DNA of 64,000 nucleotides from Candidatus Babeliales bacterium. GTDB lineage: Bacteria; Babelota; Babeliae; Babelales; JANWKD01. The position numbers were made by a program, and so were the translations under genes. Below, piece after piece: positions 50,894 to 59,206 of this stretch (positions within the stretch are counted from its first letter, which is position 1; each line of letters opens with the position of its first letter). The stretch is taken from positions 32,001-96,000 of the forward strand of contig CAVXJH010000003.1 in assembly GCA_963762115.1 (NCBI GenBank), read 5' to 3'. The notes beneath the pieces were generated by a model, which was not told the origin of the DNA, searched no databases, and saw only the letters and a list, made by a program, of their open reading frames with translations.

Positions 50894-51550
50894 TTATGGC
50901 TCTTGAGGTTTTGTGGTTATAAAAAGATCTGGCGTGCAATGATCGTGATAAAATTTAACTTCATCAACGGGGTCTGTTGCATCAATAATTGATTTGCCAA
51001 TAATGATACCATCAGGCTTGATTTCCATGATTTTATCAATGATGGTGCGAGCAATTTTACCCGATACGAAAATGGGGAGTGTCGTATTACCACGAACAAT
51101 GTCCCATTTATCAAGGAACATAAGTGACGCTTCTTCATCATGAGGTTTATGAAATAAAAGTGCATCAGCACCGAAGCTTTTTGCTTCAAGGGCTGATTGG
51201 CCAAGTGAATTGGCATCAAGTAAATCGAGCATAATTTTACAATTAAGCTCATGTGCCGTGGTGCAGGCAGCGTGAATAACTTGGCTGCTGGTACCCGCCA
51301 TGACCGTTATCCAATCAGCACCGGCATTTGCCAGCAAGGTGACCGTTTCTTGAGCGCGGTCTAAAATCTTTGCATCGACTAAAATGGTTTTATCAGGAAA
51401 GGTTGTTCGAAACCGTTCGACTGATGCAACCCCATATTTATATAATAAAAGTGATCCCACTTCTAAAATACTTACATAGGGGGCAACCTGAGTTGCAATG
51501 GCAATAGCCTTATCTAAATCAGTTAGATCAAATGAAATTTGTAATTTCAT
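50894..51550 (-). CDS. 3-hexulose-6-phosphate synthase / OMP decarboxylase (HUMPS) family protein
   Basis: MKLQISFD, LEVGS.L..YG, VDAKILD, GADWITV. Confidence 0.88.
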   Translation of the reverse strand: MKLQISFDLTDLDKAIAIATQVAPYVSILEVGSLLLYKYGVASVERFRTTFPDKTILVDAKILDRAQETVTLLANAGADWITVMAGTSSQVIHAACTTAHELNCKIMLDLLDANSLGQSALEAKSFGADALLFHKPHDEEASLMFLDKWDIVRGNTTLPIFVSGKIARTIIDKIMEIKPDGIIIGKSIIDATDPVDEVKFYHDHCTPDLFITTKPQEP

Positions 51551-51627
51551 AGCATTCCCTTAATGAAAATGTTGAACACATACGTTCTTAGTATAACAAT
51601 ATTTGTAAAATTGGCACACATGGGTCA

Positions 51628-52362
51628 TTATTGCGTGCTTATCTGTGAAGCATAATTGGTATCGGATGCTTTTTTACGTACTACATTGATTGGACCAAAA
51701 AATTGGCGGACCTTAAGCGCTGACAATGCTGGCTCTAGAGTATTAATATTTTTTCTTGCAAATAACGTTGGCAAAATCCATTGTTGACTGGTATCAGTGA
51801 GCGTTATGCCCAAGGGTACCACGATATTTTTCGGTTTTGTTAAAATTACAATGGTATTGAGGGGAATAATATTGTCTGTTGGTAAAGCTGTTTCTTGATA
51901 TTCCCAATACACAAGTTTTGTTTGCGCATCCTCTTTGCGTTCTAATGAATACATTTGTGCCGGTGTATTTTTTGATAGTTCCCAATGATGGACGGTATTG
52001 CCTATCATCATGACTGGTTCAATTTGTTCGGTAATAAGAATGTTTAAGACTGGTTTTTGCGTTAATCTTGGTAGGGTGATTTGCCCCAGCATATTGGAAA
52101 CAACAAGATAACCGCTGTAGGTGACCAATATTCCTGTTTGATAATCAGGAGTTTGTCCTTTTACAATTTTATAGGATATTTTACCGGGGGTTGAAATCGT
52201 TTGTTGTAACTTTTCCACGGATTCTTTAGTTTTTTGCTCTGAAATATCATCAATTAAATACGGTTGAATAAAAAAGGTAATAATATGATCAATCGTAGTA
52301 ACGCCGTGACTATTAAAGGTAAATGCAATGGCGCAAACCAGAAAAAGGCATTTTTTTTGCAT
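51628..52362 (-). CDS. Secreted hypothetical protein
   Basis: ORF track; signal peptide from ATG 52362. Confidence 0.75.
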   Translation of the reverse strand: MQKKCLFLVCAIAFTFNSHGVTTIDHIITFFIQPYLIDDISEQKTKESVEKLQQTISTPGKISYKIVKGQTPDYQTGILVTYSGYLVVSNMLGQITLPRLTQKPVLNILITEQIEPVMMIGNTVHHWELSKNTPAQMYSLERKEDAQTKLVYWEYQETALPTDNIIPLNTIVILTKPKNIVVPLGITLTDTSQQWILPTLFARKNINTLEPALSALKVRQFFGPINVVRKKASDTNYASQISTQ

Positions 52363-52460
52363 GTTTGTTTCCAATTTTATACACTAACTATACCTAGTAA
52401 TAACCATACCAAATAATAATGGTAAAAATCTATTATTTAATAAAGAACTTAAGGATATCA

Positions 52461-53087
52461 TTGGCTGATCAACTCATCACACAATTAAACACCCTGGCAC
52501 AAGAATTCCATCTTTCACCGCGACAAATTGAACAATTTGCTCAGTATGCCACCCTATTGAAGAAGGCGAGTAAAGAATTCAATATTACCACCATTACGGA
52601 TGATGCTGCTATGGTGAATTATCATTTTAAAGATTCTTTAATGGTAACGAACTATCTTGATTTTAGCACCATTAATTACTGTGCTGATGTTGGAACGGGT
52701 GGTGGCTTTCCTGGGTTGCCACTTAAGATTCGGTATCCCGATCTTCCTATGATTCTTATTGAAGTTACTGAAAAGAAGATTCGTTTTTTAGAGATGGTTA
52801 TTCAAGAATTAGGTTTAACCAATATTGAAGTGTGTAATTTAGATTGGCGCACTTTTTTACGCAAAACATCGTATCCAATTGATCTTTTCTTGGCTCGCGC
52901 TTCATTGCAGCCGATTGATTTAATAAAGATTTTCAAACCTTCTTCGCTGTATAAAAATGCAACGATTGTTTATTGGGCAGCTGAGCATTGGCAACCTGGG
53001 GCAGTTGAAAATTTTTATATTTCTCAAGAGAGAGGGTATAGCGTTGGCGATAAAGAAAGAAAATTAGTTTTTTTCAAGAATCATTGA
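52461..53087 (+). CDS. rsmG: 16S rRNA m7G527 methyltransferase
   Basis: FNITTI..HFKDSL, ADVGTGGGFPGLPL, LARA; TTG start behind AAGGA. Confidence 0.93.
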   Translation: MADQLITQLNTLAQEFHLSPRQIEQFAQYATLLKKASKEFNITTITDDAAMVNYHFKDSLMVTNYLDFSTINYCADVGTGGGFPGLPLKIRYPDLPMILIEVTEKKIRFLEMVIQELGLTNIEVCNLDWRTFLRKTSYPIDLFLARASLQPIDLIKIFKPSSLYKNATIVYWAAEHWQPGAVENFYISQERGYSVGDKERKLVFFKNH

Positions 53088-53161
53088 TTTTTCTGCATTG
53101 TAACTAAAAAAAAAATTTATATACTTGTAATCACGCTTTGTTTTTACTGGTAGAGGATTTT

Positions 53162-55564
53162 ATGAGACGTACTATTTTTTTTGTAGTTGTTTTTTTGTGT
53201 GCATTATTTTCGCAAGCCGTTGCAATGGAAATATCTGATAATTCAGCAGTAACTTTTCCAAGAATTGTTCCTCGATTAACTGATATCGCTGCCAAAGCAT
53301 ATGTACAGAAAAGAATGGTCGATGAATACAAATCTTTTGGTATTGATGAAATGACGACTGACAATCTTACTGATGATATTGGTCAAAAAATTAATAGCAT
53401 GCAAAATACAATGCGGGTTGGTAATATTATTGAGGTCCCTGTTGAAGTTAATGATATTTTAGCACGTCATACTTTTAATGCCTTTTTTGAACGTGAAGAT
53501 ATTGAAGATGAAAAAAAAAGAAGAAGAAAGAAGCGATGGAAGTATAATTTAAAAGTAGAAAATAATGAAGAAAGAGGTGTTAAAAAAATATTTTTTGAAG
53601 ATGGAATGCTTTGTTTGGTAAAAAAAGGACATGAGCTATTACTGAAATCAAATGATTCTGAAAAAACAATCGTATGTGATAATTATGCCATATCAAAAGA
53701 TGGTAAACAAGCAATAGTCATTTTTAATTCACCGATTGTTAATGGCTATTATGCTAAAAAACCAACAGTTCGCCTTATTAACACGGTAAAAGAATGTGAA
53801 ATGGATTCTGAACTTGAATTACCTGGTATTCATCCTGGTTTGAAAATATCAGTTCAAGCATTTGATTCTAATTATATTCAATACAGTTTTGGCAATGATT
53901 CCAATGATGCTTGTAAGTTATTTTATGCTTTTGACAAATCATTACTATGTATGGCAACAAAAGTTAAGAATTCTCAGTGGAAGCGTTTATTAATGCCAAA
54001 AGATTGCTTACATTGTTATGATTTTAAAGTTTTGTCTGATGGAAAAGCGGTATGTGCGCTTGTTGATTCTTATGATTCTTCTGAAAAAAAAATTCAATTA
54101 CAGCGTTACATTCCTTCTTTAGAAGGAAGTGAGATAATACGAGAGATCGTATGTCCCGAGTTGTTGTTCGTTCCCGATGGAACAGAAAGGATTACTCTTA
54201 ACGATGTCACCGATGATGCAATACTATATTCAGTTCATATTCCTAGCGGTAATGGATCATTAAGAGAAAAAAAAGTTTTTCAGTTGTCTGATAAAAAAAT
54301 ATTTGTTCAAAATAATACTCATCCAATACCTTTGGATAATTCAATGACTTCTTGTATGGATTTTAAAATACATTCTATGATTCCATCATGTATTGTTGCT
54401 GTACGTTCGCAAGATGATTATCCTTTAGCAAAAATATTTTCTTTGCATGATACTCTATGGAATGAGGTTAAAGAATTTAAATTTCCTTTTACCAATCAGA
54501 ATGATAGGGTAGAGCTTTATCGTTATAATGATAATTGGATTCATTATGGAATTCCTTATGAGCAGCAATTTCCTAGTTCTCCAAAATATTTAAAAGTTCT
54601 TTTAACTCCTGATGAATTATTATGTATTAAGACTAAAGCAGTAGTGAGGACAGATAATTTTGTGGTTCCTTTGCCAACAACTGAAATAATAGAATGTGAT
54701 GATTTTATAGTGTCAGAAGATGAAAATTCGATTGCTATGATACAATATCCTGTTAATTATGACCCTGACGATAAAACTTATGTTGAAGTGATAAAAAAAT
54801 GTATTGAAGAAATAGACGGTCAAAAGAAAGTTACTTGGAGGAAAGTATCACAACTATCATTTCCTTTGCTCTCAGCAATTAAATTACAAAGTCTCAATAG
54901 CACTCATTTATTGTGTAGCATTCGCGAAAGACCTTTAGCCGATGATGATGGGGGATGCTTAGGAGGGAAAAAACTTTCTCGAAATTTTGGCAATAGATTT
55001 AGGGTTTTTAGTCTAGATTCTCATACTTTGGTATATGATAAATATCATTCTTATGGTGAACAGCCTCTTTTGCCTACATTTGGCAATAATGCGAGGCTAA
55101 CCAATGTGACATTAGAAGAAATTTTAGGAAATGTAGCCTATACCAATATTAAAAAGAATATTGCAGAACAAAATCAGAAATTTTCATCGATGAGAGAAGA
55201 ACAAATTCGAAAACAATTAGTAACTTGCTCATCATTATTAAAAAGTCATGAAACAAAACATAAGGTAATGCAAACACAAGAAAGATTGCAAAAAATCTAT
55301 AGACGGGCAAGTTTTTTTACAAAAATAAGAATGTGGGCTCGGCGATGGCGAAATTTTCTTAAACCAGTTATCTATTTAGGCAATTGGAGCACATGGTCAA
55401 ATGCATTATTAGGATTACATTCATTTAATAGTAAGAAAATGACGTGTTTAAAAGTTGGGCTTGGCTTTGCGATATCTTTTCCTGTTTCATCTTGTTTGAA
55501 TGATTTTCTGATGTGTGGTTCTTGGCAAAAAGATGATCAAAAATGGTGGAATAAACAAAAATAA
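53162..55564 (+). CDS. Large secreted hypothetical protein with BC-box-like N-terminus, NLS-like stretch and beta-rich repeats
   Basis: Signal ..AVA-ME; VPRLTDIAAKAYV; KKRRRKKRWK; three C-x-[DN]-[FY]-x-[IV]-S-x-D-like units. Confidence 0.78.
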   Translation: MRRTIFFVVVFLCALFSQAVAMEISDNSAVTFPRIVPRLTDIAAKAYVQKRMVDEYKSFGIDEMTTDNLTDDIGQKINSMQNTMRVGNIIEVPVEVNDILARHTFNAFFEREDIEDEKKRRRKKRWKYNLKVENNEERGVKKIFFEDGMLCLVKKGHELLLKSNDSEKTIVCDNYAISKDGKQAIVIFNSPIVNGYYAKKPTVRLINTVKECEMDSELELPGIHPGLKISVQAFDSNYIQYSFGNDSNDACKLFYAFDKSLLCMATKVKNSQWKRLLMPKDCLHCYDFKVLSDGKAVCALVDSYDSSEKKIQLQRYIPSLEGSEIIREIVCPELLFVPDGTERITLNDVTDDAILYSVHIPSGNGSLREKKVFQLSDKKIFVQNNTHPIPLDNSMTSCMDFKIHSMIPSCIVAVRSQDDYPLAKIFSLHDTLWNEVKEFKFPFTNQNDRVELYRYNDNWIHYGIPYEQQFPSSPKYLKVLLTPDELLCIKTKAVVRTDNFVVPLPTTEIIECDDFIVSEDENSIAMIQYPVNYDPDDKTYVEVIKKCIEEIDGQKKVTWRKVSQLSFPLLSAIKLQSLNSTHLLCSIRERPLADDDGGCLGGKKLSRNFGNRFRVFSLDSHTLVYDKYHSYGEQPLLPTFGNNARLTNVTLEEILGNVAYTNIKKNIAEQNQKFSSMREEQIRKQLVTCSSLLKSHETKHKVMQTQERLQKIYRRASFFTKIRMWARRWRNFLKPVIYLGNWSTWSNALLGLHSFNSKKMTCLKVGLGFAISFPVSSCLNDFLMCGSWQKDDQKWWNKQK

Positions 55565-55635
55565 TTTTCATCTTCTTAGAGAAGGTATAGCGTTGATGAT
55601 AAAGACTTCTGTATTAGTTTTTTTCAAAAATTAAT
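55563..55635 (+). repeat. Degenerate duplicate of the rsmG 3' end
   Basis: Exact blocks GGTATAGCGTTG, GATAAAGA and ATTAGTTTTTTTCAA in the same order and spacing as 53035..53077. Confidence 0.85.
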
Positions 55636-55649
55636 ACAGAAGTCTTTAT
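55599..55649. terminator. Long hairpin, probable terminator
   Basis: 24-bp stem with one G-U: ATAAAGACTTCTGTATTAGTTTTT / AAAAATTAATACAGAAGTCTTTAT. Confidence 0.7.
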
Positions 55650-55720
55650 TGTTGTAACAAAGAGGGCTTTTAGATATAATATAAAAAATATGAAATATTT
55701 TTATAAGCAAGGGAAAATAG

Positions 55721-56086
55721 ATGAAATTCTTTAAAAGTCTAGTATTTTTAGGTGGTATTTGGTTTGGAGTTTATGCTGAAGATAAAACTCAGAATTTACC
55801 TATATCCAGTGAAGAAATTAAATTAGCGCGAAAAATTCTTATTTTTGGCCAAGAAAAATCATGTAAAAATAATATTCGCCATTACAATGAAAATAAAGTT
55901 GATAAAAAGCATACTTTTTTAACAAAAGATAGAGCTTTCATTGGAACAGTAGCTATTGGAGCTTTAGGATTAAGTTTATTGTGGGGCGGTGTAGCATTGT
56001 TGCCAAATGAATCTTTAGCTCTTGTATGTTCTTTGTTGCACATAGATGAAGTTGGAATCCCACTCAATAAAGCTCATGCATCATAA
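55721..56086 (+). CDS. Hypothetical protein with signal peptide and TM segment
   Basis: AAGGGA SD; signal ending VYA; hydrophobic C-terminal part. Confidence 0.7.
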   Translation: MKFFKSLVFLGGIWFGVYAEDKTQNLPISSEEIKLARKILIFGQEKSCKNNIRHYNENKVDKKHTFLTKDRAFIGTVAIGALGLSLLWGGVALLPNESLALVCSLLHIDEVGIPLNKAHAS

Positions 56087-56129
56087 GCAAGTCTTTAAAT
56101 TAAGCTATAAACAAGTTTGAAAAATATAA

Positions 56130-57011
56130 TTACTGTTGTGGACGCACTAAACTTCTTTTGTGTGGTTTGAAGTTATTACTATAATCCATTATTCGGTTTA
56201 GCGTTCGTGCGGTAATGACTCTATCGAATTTTTCTGTTTTATTTATTGCATCAAGTTCTTTTTGATGATTTGTTTTAATATGCTTAATTAAAGAGTGTTT
56301 TTGTTTAAAAGTCTTTTTTCCAGTATCACAACAAGAAAAAATGCAATGAAAATCTTTTGCGCCGGATTCAAAGGTGGTTATCGTTGGGTATAGTTGCATT
56401 AAGAATTCTCGTGCTGTTAAAATATCCTCTATCTTTCTTGTTTTTGAACTTTTAGATTTTTTTGTAATTTTGGGCTTTTGAGTGCCTACTGTTTTTTTTC
56501 TATATGCTGCTAGCGATGTTTCTTTTTTAATGGGAGCGATTGAGATTGTAGTTGGTGTCGATGCTGAATCTTTGCCAAAGAAATCAGATATTGGCATTGT
56601 CCCAGTAGCACTATCTTTAATAATATTGGCTAATACTTCAGGTTCATTATCTATTTCAAAAACATTTGCAATTGCAGTAATGGCACCTTCAGATTTTAGT
56701 AATTCTTGAACTTTTTTAACATGAGCTAGGTATTCTGGGCTTGATGGAACATCGTAGCTATAGTTATATTGTGATATAAAATCAATTACTTGTTTATCAA
56801 ACCCTTCAAGATGTAAAACAATATCTTGTATTTGCCATGGAGATTTATTATAAAGTTCGACATCAGTCATGGTTCGCGCTATATAATTGAGAAGTTTAGC
56901 TGACTCACTTTTTGTTTGCTCTTGATATTCTTTTTCTTGCTGATTTTCCATGCCTAAAATGGGTAGTAATACTAGCGTTGACAGGAGTAAAGTTTGAATG
57001 TTTTTATTCAT
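56130..57011 (-). CDS. Secreted protein with one C2H2-like zinc finger
   Basis: AAGGAG SD; signal ..ILG-ME; FHCIFSCC..KTFKQKHSLIKHIKTNH. Confidence 0.8.
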   Translation of the reverse strand: MNKNIQTLLLSTLVLLPILGMENQQEKEYQEQTKSESAKLLNYIARTMTDVELYNKSPWQIQDIVLHLEGFDKQVIDFISQYNYSYDVPSSPEYLAHVKKVQELLKSEGAITAIANVFEIDNEPEVLANIIKDSATGTMPISDFFGKDSASTPTTISIAPIKKETSLAAYRKKTVGTQKPKITKKSKSSKTRKIEDILTAREFLMQLYPTITTFESGAKDFHCIFSCCDTGKKTFKQKHSLIKHIKTNHQKELDAINKTEKFDRVITARTLNRIMDYSNNFKPHKRSLVRPQQ

Positions 57012-57252
57012 AAGGGCTCCTTTAAGGTTTAATTTATAGTTTTAAGGTGAAAATGTTTGATAAAAATAGGTTTATAGTACCATTCTATCAAATCTACATA
57101 ATAATTCAAGTAGAAACTAAATATTGGCCAAAATAAGGGCAATTTTGCCTTAAAAAGCCAAGAAATTTCTCATCTCCTTGACTTCTAGAATTCTTGCTCA
57201 GTAAAGTTATAACTGTTCTATTCTTTCATCGTTTATTTAAAAAGGAGACTTC

Positions 57253-57909
57253 GTGAAAAGATTATTCATGGAATTTTTGGGTACCTTCTTTCTTGTTTTT
57301 GCGATTGCAATGAGTTTTAATAGTATTGCTATTGGTGCAATGTTAATGGTGTGGGTATATATTGGTGCCTTTGTTTCAGGGGCACATTATAATCCTTTAG
57401 TCTCACTTGCTATGGCATTACGCGGTAAGTTAGCATGGGATAAATTGCCTTGGTATTGGTTGGCACAAGTTCTTGGTGGTTTTGTTGCTTTCGCAATGGC
57501 GTATTTCTTGCACAGGCATGTTGCTTTACCAACACCAGGAGTTGATATCAGCCTGTTGCAAGCATTTATTATGGAAGTATTACTTTCATTTGTATTTGCC
57601 CTTATTATTCTTGTTGTTGGTACTGCAGAAAAATATAAAGGTAATGATATTTTTGGTTTTGCAATAGGATTTTCAATTCCTGCATTAGCTGCTGTTGGAG
57701 GACCAGTTTCTGGAGGTTTGTTTAATCCTGCTATTGCGCTTGGTTCAGCATTATTTGCAATTATAATGGGTGTGTCAATTATCTGGTCGCATATTGCAAT
57801 GTATGTTGGCGGGGCATTATTGGGTGCAGTTTTAGCTGCTTATGCTTTTCATTATTTTATCGCTGAAAAGCATGAAGAAATAATCATTTTTAACTTTGTG
57901 CAAAAATAA
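57253..57909 (+). CDS. Aquaporin (MIP family)
   Basis: EFLGTF, SGAHYNPLVS, SGGLFNPAIA; GTG start behind AGGAG. Confidence 0.94.
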   Translation: MKRLFMEFLGTFFLVFAIAMSFNSIAIGAMLMVWVYIGAFVSGAHYNPLVSLAMALRGKLAWDKLPWYWLAQVLGGFVAFAMAYFLHRHVALPTPGVDISLLQAFIMEVLLSFVFALIILVVGTAEKYKGNDIFGFAIGFSIPALAAVGGPVSGGLFNPAIALGSALFAIIMGVSIIWSHIAMYVGGALLGAVLAAYAFHYFIAEKHEEIIIFNFVQK

Positions 57910-57916
57910 TCTTGAT

Positions 57917-58005
57917 TTGATTATTCTTCATTAAAATTTTGTGGAATGTTATAAGGCTTCCAAAGTTATGTTGTATAACAAGAGTCTTTGGTAGCCTTTT
58001 TTATT
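57917..58005. repeat. Repeat copy A (degenerate 3' end of gene 61774..63060), terminator-like
   Basis: About 8 mismatches versus 61770..61858; AAGGCT-T-CCAAAG/CTTTGG-T-AGCCTT stem + T tract. Confidence 0.92.
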
Positions 58006-58161
58006 TAATTTTTGCATAAGCTTTTAATTTTTAGCGAATTTAAGTATAAGCTCTACGTTAAAAGAACAGGTTAATGGGTAGTTTCTTGCTTTGAAGGTAT
58101 AGTTTAAGTATAATAAAAATAGAATTATAAGTATTTTTATTATTTATTGTGGGGGTTATAT

Positions 58162-58923
58162 ATGAAATTGCGATCCAATCTTGTTTTAATGATGGTTATT
58201 ATTGCAACTTTTTTAGTTGTTTTTCCATCATGTAGAGATGCTGAAAAGAGTGTTTCTGCCCAACAAGCCGGAACAATTATCATTTTGCATGGCATTTCTT
58301 CTGCTGGAAAAACATCTACGGCAAAACAAATACAGGGATTAATGAATGATCCTTATGCCTATGTAGGTATAGACTCTTTAAATACTATGTTACCTGAATG
58401 GCTTGTTAACTTTAATCCTGCCACTGCTACAATAACTTCAAAGGTAAAACAAGATGGGTTAAGTTTTGAACCTACTACCGTTAATGGAGAGCAGATTCTT
58501 ATTGTTAAAGTAGGGGTGTTTGCCAAAAGGTATTTTATGCTAATACCTGAGATAATAGCTACTTTTGCTGGAAATGGTTTTAATTGTATTACTGATATTG
58601 GTTTTGCTGCAGCAGACCAAAAATCTAATGAAGATTCGCTTAAAAAATACGTAAAAGATTTGCATGGTTATAAAGTTTATTTTATTAATTTAACGGTTTC
58701 ACCAGAAGTTGCAGCTCAGCGTGAACAGGCTCGAGGTGGTTTTAAAGGCTTAGCGGCAGGCCAGCAGTATTCAATGCTTAAAAGTTTAACTCCCCAAAGT
58801 TTTGATTTAGAAATTGATACGAGCGAGCTTTCGCCTGAACAAATTGCGCAAGAAATTGTTGAATTTATGAAATCGCATAAAGAGCCTCAAGCATTCAATA
58901 ATTTATATAATCATTATTTTTAA
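58162..58923 (+). CDS. Chloramphenicol phosphotransferase-like P-loop kinase, possible lipoprotein
   Basis: IIILHGISSAGKTSTAK, REQARG..GLA..Q, FDLEIDTSELSPEQIA; lipobox-like FPSC. Confidence 0.85.
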   Translation: MKLRSNLVLMMVIIATFLVVFPSCRDAEKSVSAQQAGTIIILHGISSAGKTSTAKQIQGLMNDPYAYVGIDSLNTMLPEWLVNFNPATATITSKVKQDGLSFEPTTVNGEQILIVKVGVFAKRYFMLIPEIIATFAGNGFNCITDIGFAAADQKSNEDSLKKYVKDLHGYKVYFINLTVSPEVAAQREQARGGFKGLAAGQQYSMLKSLTPQSFDLEIDTSELSPEQIAQEIVEFMKSHKEPQAFNNLYNHYF

Positions 58924-58990
58924 AAATAATAGTTATATTCTTAATTTTCAGATTTTTTGTTTTGTATGGGTAATTTTTGTAAGAAGATAT

Positions 58991-59079
58991 TTATTCTTCA
59001 CTAAAATTTTGTGGAATGTTATAAGGCTTCCAAAGTTCTGTTGTATTACAATAGTCTTTGGGGGCCTTTTTTTATTGAT
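58991..59079. repeat. Repeat copy B (degenerate 3' end of gene 61774..63060), terminator-like
   Basis: About 7 differences versus the copy at 61774..61861. Confidence 0.92.
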
Positions 59080-59206
59080 ATAGGTAATCAGAGTTGGTAA
59101 TAATTTCAAATTGACTTTTATTTAAAATAGTATAATATGATTATATCAAGGGCAAATAACCCTCATAGAAATATTGATCAAGCCACTCCATTTTAGGGAA
59201 AAAATA

